Positions 1-15,720 of a stretch of 64,000 nt of DNA are shown in pieces. Position numbers and translations under genes: made by a program. How positions within the stretch are numbered: position 1 is the first letter of the stretch; each line of letters opens with the position of its first letter. Origin of the DNA: Cirrosporium novae-zelandiae (lineage: Eukaryota); assembly GCA_026023565.1 (NCBI GenBank), contig JAPETS010000015.1:62001-126000 (forward strand). The letters run 5' to 3'. A model generated the notes under the pieces. The model worked only from the letters and a program-made list of their open reading frames with translations, was not told where the DNA came from and did no database searches.

Positions 1-1799
1 TTTAAAAATAATCTAACATTAATTTAAATCTATAAATTATTGAGATATTTAGATTTCTTTAGAATTTACGAATTTTTATAAAAATTTATTTTTAAATACT
101 CTAATATAATAGCACCACTGACTGGTCTATTAAAAAAATATAGAAAAATAAAAAAATAGAACTATTTAAATAATCTGATAAAATAGAATATATATTTAAA
201 AAATCAATTAACCGTTTTACGACGGTTTCTATATTATGATATTTTGATCTAGAATTATATATTCGAATAAAAATAGATATTTCGGGATTTAGAACTATAA
301 TTATTTTATTTTAATTATTTATTTTATATAAAAAGAATATACGAAACGAATAACACCCGATTATATTCTAATTTCGGAAATTGATTACCGCGGAATTGAA
401 TTATAATGTTTTTAATACGGAATTAATAATAATTATAAAAATTTTCAAAAAATAAAAATATTATATATAATATAAATATTAAATAATTATAATAAAAAAC
501 CGAAAAATTAAAAAAAACTAACATTAAATAACCAAATATCAAAAATATTAAAATAAAAAATATAAATAATAATTTTTTTAGATTTATTATAAATAATATA
601 AATAATATCAATAATACGTTTAAATATAATAATAAAATAGAAATAAATATTTCAAAATTTATAAAAACATTAATTACGTGATTTATTCGTAAATACGTAC
701 GAGGAATAAGCGGAAAAATATGGTTTTATAATAATAATATATTAGATACGTTTATTAATTATTTTATATTTTTATAGAGCGGGGACGTTTAATATAAAAA
801 TAAAATCTGGGAATTATTTTTAGATTAATAATTGCAAAAGAAAGTCCTAAAAAATAAATAGAATATAAACGATACGAATCTAATACGATACGACGGCGCG
901 GCGTATATTTTTTACGATCCCGATATACGAAAAAAAATTATTTAAAATATAATAAAATAATAAAATTAATTAAACGGTATTATTAATTATTATAGACCGA
1001 TATTCCAAAATATCTAAATATATTTTTTATATAATAGAAACGAATATAATTAATTTAACGGAAATTATATATAATTATATAATATCTAATTTCGGAATAT
1101 TATAATTAATTATATCGGATCGAAAAAATTTATGTATTTTTATATAATAAATAACGTTCTGCTATTATACATATACGAAATATAAATTATTTATAGTTTT
1201 TTATTTTTAAATAAATAGATAGGTCAAAAAAAATTAAAATTTAAAAATATATTTGAAATATTATATAAATAAAAACCAGAATAATTAAATTAAATTATTC
1301 ATAAACGTATAATATACGTATAACGATAATATAAATATTTAAATAAAAATAATTTTATTTAATCGATATTATAAATTTAAATTAAATTTATATATAAATA
1401 TCGAAAACGATGTTTCTAAAAAAAACAATATTAATAACGAAAAATTTTACGGAATATTTATAAATTGAAAAAAATAAAAAAATTTGAAAACGCGTATAAA
1501 ATACGGGAAAAAAATATTACGACCGAAAATGTAAATAAAATTCGTATAATATTAAACATAAAATATTATTATCGACGCAATATTTTCGTTTATATAAATT
1601 AAATAAAAGATTTAGGGACAAATTTATAAATTTATTTAAAATAATTAATATTATAAAATAAAACGTATATAATTTATAATTATTATTTATATATAATCGT
1701 ATTTATAAAATATTTTATATATTATTATTAAAATTATATTACCGAAAAAATAATAAATATTTTCCGGGACCTATAGATATAAAAAACGAAAAAAAATAT

Positions 1800-4700
1800 A
1801 TTATAAATCGTTTTAGAAAAACGAAATAATAAAACTATAAAAATCTAAAAAAAAACCAAAAAAAAATTATATACGATCGAACAAAAATTTCTAATAATTA
1901 AAAATAAAAGTATAATAATAACCTAAATATTATAGATTTAAATAAAAACCGCAGAAATTACGTATAACAGAATAAAAAATTCTATAAACGTGGGTTATAT
2001 AACCTTAATTATTAGGCCCGAACGAATAATAAAAAAAAAAATATAATATTTTTTTTAATAATAACCGGATCGTAAATACCGAATACGCGAACAACGATAT
2101 AAACGGATAAAAAAATTTAGAAAAGTTTTTAATAAATAGTAAAAATAGCCGAATAAAAAATCTTACTATTAATATTTAAAATCCCGAAATAGATTTCTAT
2201 AAAATAAACGTTAAAAATTATGGGAATTATTTATATAAAAAGAATTAATAAAATAATAAATAAATTTAACGGAAAATAATAAATAATCAAATCCCGAAAA
2301 CGGGAACGTATTTCTTCCGCAGACGGGGATATAAAATCTGAAAATTAGAAAATATTAATTTTTAATAAAAAAAAACCCGAATATTCGGGTTTTATAATAT
2401 TAATAATAACAGCGATTAATATTAAATTAATTAATTTAAACGTATTATTTAAATTACGAATACGGGAAATCTATATTAATAAAAAAAATAGTTTAAAAAA
2501 AAAATTAATATAAATAAAAAATTCTAAAAATTATAACGAACATAAATAATATAATCATAAATATACGTTTATTAAAAATTTTATATTAAATAAATATATT
2601 TATTAATTATTTTAAAATACGGTATTCGTATGAATAATACCGGAAAGATATCGCCAAAAACGGGTACGAACTGGGCTTATATTAAAGAAATGTATTATTT
2701 TAATTAAAATTAAACTCCCGTTCATAATATATAAAAAATAAAAAATCGAAAGTTATTATTTAATAAAATATAAATTTCGATATATCCGATAATTTACGTT
2801 AAAAATAAATAAAATAAATTTAAAATACGTTTAATTAGGATATAAATTATTTCTGGAATATAAGAATAAACCCCCGAAATATACGATATACGCGGAAATA
2901 TACGAAACGTAGGATTATCGGTGTCGGATAATAGAATATAGATCTGTGTATTCGGGGGTTTATATATTATGGTGGAGTAAGTGGGTATGCCTATTTATCC
3001 CTATGTAACCTCCCTAAAAAGCAATATGGTTTCTTTTTCTAAGGGATATAAGGATAAGCGAGTGTCCAAAATTCAGGGATATATTCGGGATCATCTTTTT
3101 TTTTTTTTTTGATTTTTCTTTTTAATTTTCTTTATTTATTATCTAAGAAATAATAATTGAATGAAAACTATCTATTATTATATATTTATACAATTATTAT
3201 TACAGAAATAACGTTCGTATTTATCGACGATTATTATAGCTACAAGAACTATTTTATAGTTTGATTTATTTGCTGTTCCTATAACTTGAAAATACGTATA
3301 ATCCATAAGCATACTAATACACTCCACCCCAATATATATCCCGTTAAAATATATAAACTATTTAGGCCCCTATATAGTCACTAACGAAAAATACTCTGCG
3401 GCCCGAAAAACAGAAATAGAATATACGAGAAAAGAACGCCGAAAAAACGTTATATAATTATTCTATATATTTGTTTTTCTCAAAAAAAAATAAACTTATA
3501 GAATTTTAATTAGGAATTAAAGATTCCCGAACTAGCCCCAAAAAAAATAAAAAAGAAAACGTAAATAACGTTCGACATATTAATAATACCGAATATAACG
3601 GTAATACCTATATCGTAAATAAATAGCGATATATCCGAATTTTAAATAAAAATATTATAAAAAATATAATATAATAATTATAATTTTAAAATCGATTATA
3701 TAAATTAAAATAAATATAATATTATTATAAAAATCTAATTAAAAATTAAAAAAAAAAAATATTATATCCAATATAGGATATTTATTAGCCCGAATTAAAA
3801 TTTAAATAAAAAATAAAATTTTAAAAACGGTTATTATTATATATAAAAATTAAAAAAATATTATATTTAAAATAATCGTAAAAATCGATTTAATTAATTA
3901 TTTTTATTTCGTAATATTAGATATTAATATAATAAATACAAAAAAAAGAATAAAAAACCGGATTAAAATAATTAATATTTATAATTAAAAATTAAAAAAT
4001 ATATATTTTTAAAAATAAAACCAATAATAAAAATTTAAAAAAAATTTATAAAATATAAAATAAAAATTTATTTTTAAGGGAAATAAATTAATATTAATAA
4101 AAAATTTTAATATTTATAATTTAATATAAAAACCCGAACGAATTATTTATATAAACGATACGTTTTTAATAATATTTATAAAAAATAAGATTTAATTATA
4201 TAAAACGATATTATTTAAAATATTTAATTCGGAAAAAAATCGATTTATTATTTGATAATTAATTTAATAATAATTAATTTTACGATAAAATTATTTTAAA
4301 AATAATTAATAAACGCGATAATCGATAATAAGAATAATAAATTAAGAATTAATTTAAACCACGTTTTTATTTAATTTGAATAAAAAAATTAATATTTAAA
4401 ACCGAATTTATAAAAATTAAAATTATTAAAAAATCTCTAATAATAAATTAAAATAAAATAAAAATAAAAATTCTAATTAATAACGAGAAATATATTAATT
4501 ATAAATTATACGGAATTATAATTAAAAAATACAATAAAAAAAATTATTATTTAATTAAAAATTATTCTAAATAAATACGTAAAATCTAAATAGATATATA
4601 TTTAATTGAAAATTTAATAAAATCCCGAATATATCGTTAAAAAATATTAATATTATATAATATTTAAAAAAACGAAATAAAAACGCTAAATTTAGGAAAA

Positions 4701-7700
4701 AATTAAAATAATATTTAAAAAATTTATAAAATTAATTAAAATTAAAAAAAAATTGAGTTTTTTTTTGAATATATATAAACAAAACGATTTAAATAAATTT
4801 TTAAATTTTAAAAATATTTAACGGAAATAAAAAATATTAAAATATTATAAATTTAAAAACCGAAATCCGATATCGGCGATTTATATAAAAAACGGGAGAA
4901 TAGCGGTAAAAATCCAAAATAAAAAATCTTTTATATAAAAACGAATTTTCCCGTTATTTTTAAAAAACCCCGAATTTTAATTTTCGATAAATAAAATATT
5001 CGTTTAATAATTATCCGAAAAAACGGTACGAAAAACGTTATATATATAAAATATAAATAAAATTTTAAAATATAATAGAATTTAATTTAAAATATTACGT
5101 ATATTATAATAATAAAATTTTAATAAAATAATAAAAATAATCTAATATTATTTTTTATTAAAATATTATTGGACGTAATAAAAATATATTGAAAAAATAT
5201 TATTATTTAAATATAAAAAAACTGATAAAATATTAATTCAAAATTATAAAATAATAAATTTATTATATTATTTAAATAAAATAATCGAAGATATTATAAT
5301 TAGCGTATTAATAAATATATACGAAAATCTAAATAAATTATATAAAAACTAATTTAAATCGAAATATAATCAAAATATAATCGATATATTTACGTATTTA
5401 ATATATTAAATAAATAAAAATTTTAATTAAAAATAAATAATTTATATTTTATTTATAAACGTTAAAAAAACTTTTAATTATATATTACGATTCAGATTAA
5501 TATAATATTTAAAATAATTAATTTTATAATTTAATAAAACGTTAAATTAATAATCGACGGAGAAATACAATGCCGAATTAATATAAAAACAGGGGTACTG
5601 TAAAAATCGTTTATATCCCTAATATTATTTTTAATATATTGCAGCGGGTTATTGGCAGCCGTAAAATAAACAGTTTTTAAAATCAAAATTTTATTATTCG
5701 TAAACGACGTAAATTTCTGAACCATTTATATAAATAATAAATAAATCTAGAAAATTATTTAATAAATAACGAAAATAACGGTTCAATAAAAAAAAATAAA
5801 TTAAAATTTAACATTTAAAAAACTGAAATTATAATTTTTTCTAAATTATAAAAATATTAAATTTCAATAAATATTAAATCGAAAATTGAAATCGATAATT
5901 ATTTAATGGAATATAAAAAAAATTACGTACGGTAATTAAATATATAATTAGACCCGAAATTTAATTTTTAAATTTATTATATTTAGCGTTTAATTTTATT
6001 TAAACGCGCGGAAAAGGTAATTAAATATATATATTATCGAAACGGATTATTTACGGGATTTATATATTAAATAATCGTAACGATTATAATATTAATTTAT
6101 ATACACGGATATAAAATCTAATAAAAAAAACAAATTGGATATTAAATAGAATTTTAAAAATTATTAAATAAATTTACGAAATTAATAATCTGGGTTTATA
6201 AAATAATTTTTATAAAAACAGTTATATAGAAAATTTATATATATTCCGTAAATATAATATTAAATACCGCGTAAACAAAATACGGGTTTTGGTATTTTTA
6301 AAAAATCGAAAGAAATTTAACGAATCTAATATTATTTATAATATTACAAATAAAAAACGTAAATATTTAATTAAAAATATAACCGCTGAAAACTTTTTAA
6401 TAAATTTAAAAAATTAAAAAAAATACGTTAAATTAATATTTAATTATAACGACAATCTAAAAAATAATAAATCCGAATTTTAAAATCGAAAAAATTCTGA
6501 TAATTCAAAAAACTAGATTTTTAAAAATAATAATAATATTTCTAGAATAATAGATTTTCAGCGAGACGTTTACGTAGAGCTGAAAAAATACGTATTAATC
6601 GGACGGGTTTAAATTAGAAAATCGCAAACTAAAGGCGGGAGTAATCTAAAAAACAGCGGAAAAAACCCCGTGGACAATACGGAAATACTATTTCGGTCAA
6701 AATAAGAAGATATTCGATATAGAATTTTAGGGGGCGTAAACGGCTCTAGAAATAGTGATCAAAATATACCTAAATAATTATTAAACCCCCGGAAAAAAAT
6801 AATAATATTATTTAATTCGCAAACGATTATCAAATAAATCGAAAAAAAAGAATTAAAAAAAATTAAATAATCGTATAAAAAATATATAAATATACCAAAT
6901 ATCTAATAAATCAAAAAACGAAAATTATTATTAAATAAATTCTAAAATATTATAAAATATTAAAAAACGAAATAATAAATTAAACGGCTAAAATAAACGT
7001 AACGTTAAAAAATAATAAAAAAATTAAATAAATTTCGTTAATCTATATAACCCGTAATACAACCGAAAAACGGATTATAAAAACGTATAATTAATTATAT
7101 AATTAAAAAATAAAAAAATTAATCGATAAGTTTTATTAAATATATCTAAAATATAAAAAAAAATCGGGTATTAAAATATACGATTTAAAAAATAATAAAT
7201 AAATTTTATTAATTAAAAACGGGGTACGCCGCTACTAAAGATTATATATATCGTACGAAAATTATTATTATCCCAGAATATTAGTAATACGAGATTATAT
7301 ATCAAAATATTTTTTATTTGATATTAATATACCCGCGCTAAAAAACGGCTAGAGCCCGTTTACAGGAAATAATAAAAAAATAAAAAAAAACGATAATCTA
7401 ATATAATTAATAAAAGAAATCTAATTTTTATATTAAAAAACCGAAGATTTTTAAAAAATTAAATACGTTTTTTAAATAATACGGAAATAACAAAATCTCA
7501 ATTCTGGATTAAACGCGACAAAAAAATTACAAAATTCAGATACCGAAATAATACTAAAAATTATTCGATTAAATAAATTAAATGATTTTAAAAAATCAAA
7601 AAAAAATCAAAAATTATATAACCGAATTAAAAAAATTAATTTTTATTATTTTAATTAAAAATAAACCTGAAAAAAAATATAAAAAAATTTTAAAATTTTT

Positions 7701-7770
7701 AAATAAAATTTATTATAGTTTTTAAACAATATATAAATATAAAACAATAAATAATTATTATTATTATAAT
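1800..7770 (+). mobile_element. Tad1-like LINE retrotransposon, RIP-inactivated, copy A
   Basis: From 5589 the + strand reads TGVL*KSFISLILFLIY...LFVNDV, which reverts by transitions to the LINE RT motifs TGVPQGSPVSPILF...FVDD. About 6590-6750 reads Y*SDGFK...EIFDIEF (RNase H W-S-D-G-S-K and E-x-F-D-A-E). Ends in an (ATT)n tail near 7750. Collinear with 21,070-25,250. Left boundary approximate. Confidence 0.85.
2965..3334. mobile_element. ~370 bp short element with terminal inverted repeats (MITE or solo LTR), nested in LINE copy A
   Basis: Starts TATTATGGTGGAGT and ends ACTCCACCCCAATA (inverted). Homologous over its full length to 9735-10106. The paralogous LINE site near 21,965 lacks it. 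Confidence 0.8.
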
Positions 7771-8700
7771 CTCCGTTTTTTAAATATCGAATTCTAATTT
7801 TTTTTTATTGAACCGCCGTTTTCGTTATTTATTAAATAGTTTTTCGGGTTTGTTTATTATCTATATAGGTGGTCGAGAAATTCACGTCATTCACGAATAA
7901 TAGAATTTTGATTTTAAAAACTGTATATTCTATAGCTGCGAATAGCCCGCTGCAATATATTAGGAATAATATTAGGGATATAAACGATTTTTACGGTACC
8001 TCCGTTTTTATATTGATTCGGGATTATATTTCTCCGTTGATTATTAATTCGATATTTCGTTAAATTATAAAATTAATTATTTATTTAATAATATTTTTAT
8101 CGATTTTTAATTATTTTAAATATTATATTAATTTGAATTATAATGTATAATTAAACGTCTTTTTAATATTTATAAATAAAATATAAATTATTTATTTTTA
8201 ATTAAATCTGTTTTTTATTCGATATATTAAATATATAAACGTATTAATTATATTTCGATTACGTTTCGATCTAAATTAGTTTTTATATAATTTATTTAAA
8301 TATTCGTATATATTCGTTAACGTATTAATTATAATTTTTTCGATTATTTTGTTTATAATAATAATTATTTATTGTTTTATATTTATATATCGTTTAGAAA
8401 TTATAACGGATTTTATTTAAAAATTTTAAAATTTTTTTATATTCTTTTTGGGATTTATTTTTAATTAAAATAATAGGGATGAATTTTTTTGATTCGATTA
8501 TATAAATTTTTTTTTCGGTTTTTTAGTATTATTTGATTTATTTAACTGGATAATTTTTAACGTTATTTTAATATTCGAATTTTATAAATAAATTTATTCG
8601 TATTTATTTTCGATTTTTAATTTTTATATTTTATATATATATTTATCCCGTTTTTTTATTACGGATGTAATTTTTATTTAATACCCGATTTGTTTAACTT
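7770..8700 (-). mobile_element. Inverted fragments of the same LINE (RT core, then 3' end)
   Basis: 7770-8370 is the reverse complement of about 5260-5830; its minus strand reads TEVP*KS, the RIP form of TGVPQGS. About 8370-8700 is the reverse complement of the LINE 3' end. Confidence 0.8.
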
Positions 8701-8759
8701 TTGTTTTTCTTATATCTGTTATAAAGGAAGAGAAATAATATATTAAAAAAGGGTTCTAT

Positions 8760-11700
8760 CACAAAAAAAAGAAATAGAATATTCAAAAAAATCGTTATAT
8801 TTAAAAATCGAGAACGGAATAAAAATACAAAAATAATATGACGTAATACCGATAATTTATAGAAAAAAAAAGGTTAAATAAAAAATTTATATAAAAAATT
8901 AAAAAAAAAAATTTTCAGTTTTATATTATATAAAAATATTATTATTTTAATATCTTAAAAATTTTTTTTTATGAAAAAAAAAATTAATTTAAATAACGAA
9001 TAAACGATTATACGAATATTAAAAAATTTTTAATTCTAATAATAATTCGAAAAATAAAATACGTTTATATATATTTAATTGAACGATATAAAAAATATAG
9101 AAAAAAAAAATTTAAAAAACGAAAAAAAAAACGAATAATATAAAAATTATAATAATAAATAAATTCATATTAAAAAAAAATATATAATAAAAATATAAAA
9201 CGAATTAAAAAAAATACGGATAATTATCGAAATAAAAAAAACAACGTAAAAAAAACAACGAAATAATAACGAAATAAAATAACGAAAAAAAATAAAAAAA
9301 ATAAATAACGATAATAATAATTATAAAAAAAAAATTTATAAAATTAAAAATCGGAAAAAATACGTTTATTTATTAGAATTATAAAAAACCGGGATATTTA
9401 TTACAATAATATTAAGTATTAAAAAAAATATTTAAAAAAAAATAAACGATTTAAAAAAATCTAATAAATTTATTAAATAATTTCGGAAAATAAAATTTTT
9501 ATAATCGCCGAAACGTTTATAAATAGAAAAATAATAATTAAAATAAAAATATAAATATTATCAAAAAAAAACCGAAAATATTAATTAATTTAAAAATAGA
9601 GAAAAATTATATATTATAACGGCTCGTTAAATAATAAAAAATAGAAAGAAACGAAGAATTATTAATAAAATTAATAAAAAAAAGTAATTATTTATAAAGA
9701 ATATATATTACGATTATATATAATAAATTTAATATATTATGGTGGAGTAAATGGGTATGCCCACTTATCCCTATATAGCCTCCTCCCTAAAAAACAATAT
9801 AGTTTCTTTTTCTAAGGGATATAAGGATAAGCGAGTGTCCAAAATTCAGGGATATATTCTGGATCATCTTTTTTTTTTCAATTTCTTTTTCAATTTTTCT
9901 ATATTTTTTATTACTGAGGAAATAATAATTAAATAAAAATTAATTATTATTATATGTTTATATAATTATTACTATAGGAATAGTATTCGTATTTATCGAC
10001 GATTATTATAGTTATAAAAACTATTTTATAGTTTGGTTTATTTGTTGTTCCTATGACTTGAAAGTACGTATAATCCATGAGCATACTGATATATTCCACC
10101 ACAACGGCATTTATATATTATAAAATCCGAACATTTTTAATATATAATAGACCCGTTTAGATATAATTTAGCGATAAAATATTAAACGATATAATCGAAA
10201 TAAATAATAATATAAAAAACAATTTATTAGAACGAATAATAAAAAATTTATTCGAATTATTATTTAAAAATACATATAATTAAAAATTTTAGAATATTAT
10301 AAAATTAATTAACGAATATAATAATAAATATATTGGAAACAAATAGAAATTATTCAAATAACGGGTATTAAAATATATATATAGAAAAAAATATTTATAT
10401 TTCCGGTTTTTCCGCAACAAAAATTATAAAAGAATTATAAATAAATAAAACGTAAAAAATAAAATAATAAAATATTTATACAACGAAAATAATTATAAAA
10501 ATAAAGAAACTATTTTCTATAAAATTATAAAATGATTTTTTTAGAAAAACCTATATAAAAACGTTAAAAATTTTATTAAAAATTATAATTTATGTTAACG
10601 ACGCCGTTAATTTAGAATCGACAAAAAATTATATTTTATATATATATATATAAATTTCTAATAAAAAATAGACAATCGATATTATTTATATATTTTAATA
10701 ATAAAATAAAAAATATCTAATATTAATTAAAAACGATTTTAATAAATAAAAACAATAAAAATATTAAATAAAATAATAATTATGAATATAACTGATTTTA
10801 TATAAACCGATATATTTTATAAATATAAAATCTCGATAAATCTAATATTCGATATTAAAAAAAAATATAAAAATAATAATAAAATAATTAAATAAATATT
10901 ATTTTATAATTAAACGACGAAATATATTAATATATTATTTATAATCGAATAAAATAATCGAATAAAATTATTAATTTATAATAAATAGATTAACTAAATT
11001 AGATTTTATAAAAAAAAAAAAAATATAGAATATATTTAAAATATTATAAATAAATAGAACGATAACAAAAAGATTTATTAAATATATTTTATTTTTTATT
11101 AAAATTACCGACCAAATTCTATTATTTATAAATTTCGATATTCCAATATAATTTATATTATTTTAGAACGAAATAATTAATATAATAAATTTATTAATAA
11201 TATATATTAAATAATAATAACGATAAAAAAAAATATCGAAAAAACCCGATAATATCTAAAAAAATACTATATAAAAAATAAAAATTAATAAAAAAAAATA
11301 TTAGAATAATAAATATAATAATAAATAAAACGAGGATTTAAAAATATAATTTGAAAAAAATATATAATTATAATTAAATATATAATTTAATTCGCATTAA
11401 TAATAAAATATAAATCTATAAATTAAAAAAAAATATAATATTAAATAAATAATTAATAAATAAACGAATCTAATAATTAAAAAACGATGATTTTTAAAAA
11501 AAAAAAGAGTTAATTTATATATTAAAATATATATTTTAGAACGCGCCAGAAATACGGAATATAAAAAAGTTTTTTAATATAAAAAATTATTAATACGGCC
11601 GGAAAATTAAAGATTTTATCGAAATTTTGTTTTAAAAAATTTATTCTAGAATTTAATACGAAAGATTATTTTTATAAATTTATTTTAAAATTTATTTTTA

Positions 11701-14130
11701 TATACCGATTCAGAAATATAAATATATTATATATTTCTTTTATAATTTTTTTTATTTTTTAATAAATATTTATTATTTATAAATTCTATTATAATTATTA
11801 TATTTACAATTATTATAATATAACGCCACCGAAAAAAATTAATAAATTTTAATTATAATTTTAAAAAATATCTCGAAAAATAATGAATAAATTAAAAAGA
11901 TTTAATTTTAAAAATAAAATATATTTATTTATAATAATCTAATAATTAATTAATAATAAATTTTATTAATAATAATATTAAATAATTTTTATAAAAATAT
12001 AGATTAATTTATTTAATATCTAAAAATATTAGAACCGGCATTAAAATATTAAATATAAATAATAATTATCGAATTTTTACAATTAAAAATTATTTATTTA
12101 AATAATTAAATAGAAAAATTATAGAATTATATTAAATTAAATAATATATAAATTAAAATAAAGAGAATATAACGGATAATTAAAATTAATTTTTTTGAAT
12201 TACGAGAAATTATTTTTTAAAAATAAAATATTCAAAAACGACGCTAAAAAACTATTAATAATATCCGATTAAAATATAAAAATTTAAAAAAAACTTTTAA
12301 ATAATAAAATTTTGAATAAATAATTAATTTATATTTAAAAATTTTAAAAATTAAATTTTAAAAAACTGATTTTTTTAATAATCCGGGATTATAAAAATAT
12401 TCCGGTATATTATAGAACAAAACCGAAATTAATATATTAAACGAAATATTATAAATTATACGAAATTTTCATAAATATTTATATTTTTTAAATATTAAAA
12501 ATTAATGAAAAAAAACGTAATTTTAAAAAAAAAATTAAAATCTTTAAATTATTTAATTATATTATTAAAATTAAAATATATACTAATTTTTATTATAAAT
12601 ATTTATAAATATTAATTTTAAAAACTAGTTTTAAAATAAAATAATTATATAAAAAAATTTATAAAAAAAATTAGCGATAATATTCAATAATAATATAATA
12701 TTAAATAAATTAAAAATATTATATTTTAATTAATTCCGAATTAATTCCCGTTTTTTAATTAAAATAGATATTTTAAGATTTTATTAATTTTTTATAATAT
12801 AAATATTTTTATTCCGTTAAAATAATAATTATTTATTATCGAAATTTGTTATAAATTAATAAAAGAATTTAAGAATTTAAAAAAAATAAAATATTATTAA
12901 TTTATTTATCGATATATTTATCGATCATAATAAAATAAATTTTATAAAATTCTAAAATATTCGAATATTAATATTTGTAATAATTTGGAATAAAACGTAA
13001 ATTTTAGAATTAATTATCGTGATTAATTATATCGATAATTTTATAAATATTAAATAGAAAATATATTACTATTATTTTCGGGAAATAAACGGGAATTTTA
13101 ATTACGGATAATTACGAAATATATTTTATTTTATTACGCAGTAAATTATTAAATAAAATCTCGGATATTATTAAATATATATAATATTTAGATTTAATTA
13201 TAAAATATATCTAATATTATATTTTTATTATATAAAATATTAATATAAAAATAATTTTATAAATTTTAAATATATTAATTTAAATATTAAAAAATTAATA
13301 AAATAAAAACGTAAAAAAAATATAATTTAAAAATTTATATTATTCGACGTTGAAATTATTAATAATTATATAATAATATTATTAAATATATATAAATAAA
13401 TTAATCGTTAATATAATATTTATAAATTTTTATTAAATAAATCAATATTAAAAATTATTAATAAATTATTTATTAAAAATAACGAAAAAATTTATAATAC
13501 TATATAGATCTTTTAATTATATAAAAAAAAATAAATTCGAATATTTATATCGTATTTAATATATCAAATATTTAGATTTATTAAAAGTTTACGACGGATA
13601 ATATTTTTTTAATTTATAACAAATTCGAATCGACGGATTTATATTAAAAATTAATAAATACGGAATATAAAAATATAATAATAATATATAATTTATCGTT
13701 AAATTTAAAAAATCGATATAAAATTATTTTATACGTTTTTCTAATAATTACGTTAATATAAAAATCAAAATTTATTTCGGACGTTTTAATAAATTAAAAA
13801 AAATAATTTTATTTAATAATTCAGAATATATTATATAAAATTTTTAATTATATAATAAAATATAATATTATTAATTTATAACAAGAAAACGCTACAAAAA
13901 TTATATATTATATTTTTAAAAATACGGGTATAACTAAATACTAAATATTTAGAAAAAAAAATTTTTATTATAAAAAAGATTTAATAAAAAAAAAGAAATT
14001 AAAAAACGTATTCGATAAATTTACTGAATTTACGGATCGTGAAATTTCTAATTAGCCAGATATTTTCGCAGAAAATAATTAGGGATAAAATATTGTTAAA
14101 TAAATATAGATTATAAAAGATTTCTTTTAT
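8760..14130 (+). mobile_element. Heavily degenerated element, possibly Gypsy-like LTR retrotransposon internal region
   Basis: No similarity to the LINE seen by eye. Weak residual motifs in pol order: YVND (10,592, possible YVDD), YTDS (11,701, TDAS-like), YNATEK (about 11,818, RNase H NYxxxEKE-like). Motif evidence is weak. Confidence 0.3.
9735..10106. mobile_element. Second copy of the ~370 bp terminal-inverted-repeat element
   Basis: TATTATGGTGGAGT...ATTCCACCACAAC; aligns with 2965-3334 throughout. Confidence 0.8.
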
Positions 14131-14159
14131 ATACGAATTAAATAAATATTAGAGGATTT

Positions 14160-15720
14160 GAAATTTTTTTTTATAATCGGGGTCGACTGTAAATAGAGAA
14201 AAATAGGAATATATAATAAAATATATAGCTTGATACTATAGTCGCTACGGCTATCTGGCGCGCAAGCCCCGTAGGTAGCCCGTTTTGGTGGCATATATAC
14301 CTAATTGCGCCTTCCGCGCGCCTATATACGTCCTTCAATTTTTGGTCGTAAACGTTAATTATTCTGACCAGATTTTTTATTCCTCCGTTTGCGTTTATTA
14401 TATTAATATTCAATATTACGAAATAAAAATAATTAATTAAATCTATTTTTACGGTTATTTTAAATATAATATTTTTTCGGTTTTTACGTATAATAATAAC
14501 TATTTTTACGATTTTATTTTTTATTTAAATCTTTAATTCGGGCTAATAAAAATCTTATTTTAAATATAATATTTTTTTTTTAATTTTTGATTAGATTTCT
14601 ATAATCATATTACATCCGTTTCGGGTTATATAACCGATTTTAAAATTACGATTATTATATCGTATTTTTTATAATAACTATATTATATTATTTTATTTAA
14701 AATTCGGATATATCGTTATTTATTTATGGTATAAATATTATTAATATTTTCGGTATTATCGATATTTCGGGTATTATTTATATTTTTTTTTATTTCTTTT
14801 AGAATTACTTTAAAGATTTTTAATTTTTAATTAAAATTCTATAGAATTATATTTTCTTTTCGTATATTTTACGGTTTATTTTTTTCGTTTTGAATTTAAA
14901 ACTACGGTTTCCCTATTTCCGTATCGTTTACAAAACGTATTTAATTTTTCGAATATTTTTGGTTTTTTAATACGAAAATTAGTTTTTGTTGTTAATAATA
15001 TTAAATTACCGTTTTTTTTATTTTTCTATTATTTTCCGTAAACGGGTTTTAATTATTTTTACCGCGGGTATCAATATTAAATAAAAAATATTTTAATATA
15101 AAATTCTATATTATTAATATTTTAGAATAATAATAATTTTCGTATAATATATATAATATATTTTTTCTAATAACGGCGTATTTTATTGTTAATTAATAAA
15201 ATTTATTTATCAATTTTTTAAACATATATTTTAATATTCGATATTTTTATATTTTAGATATATTCGATAAAATTTATCGGATAATCTTTTCATTTTGTAA
15301 TTATATAATCAATTATATGTTTTTATTATCCGTTTTTCGATTATATTACGGATTATATAAATTAACGAAATTTATTTAATTATTTTATTATTTTTTAATA
15401 TTATATTTATTTTAATTATTTAATTTATTATTTCGTTTTTAAATATTTTATAATATTTTAAAATTTATTTAATTACGATTTTCGTTTTTTAATTAATTAA
15501 AAATTTAATTTATTTATATATCGTTTATAAGATTATTTAATTTTTTTTTAATTTTTTTTTTCGATTCGTTTAATTGCTGTTTCCGAATTAAATAATATTA
15601 TTATTATTTTTTCGGAAATTATTTAAATATTTAGATTTATTTTAATCGTTATTTTTAAAGCCGTTTATATTTTTTAAAATTTTATATTAAATATTTTTTT
15701 ATTTTAACCGAGATAGTATT
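14160..15720 (-). mobile_element. Mosaic of inverted LINE fragments, including a lightly mutated ORF2 piece
   Basis: 14,171-14,413 (-) reads DQKL...RAEGAIRYICHQNGLPTGLARQIAVATIVS and matches, inverted, about 5950-6120. 14,420-14,830 matches about 3500-3840 inverted. 15,050-15,720 matches about 6680-7340 inverted. Confidence 0.75.

Noticed and set aside
8717..8763. TGTTATA...TATCACA segment as an LTR
   Set aside because: Only 47 bp and no partner copy found; could be chance or a deleted remnant.
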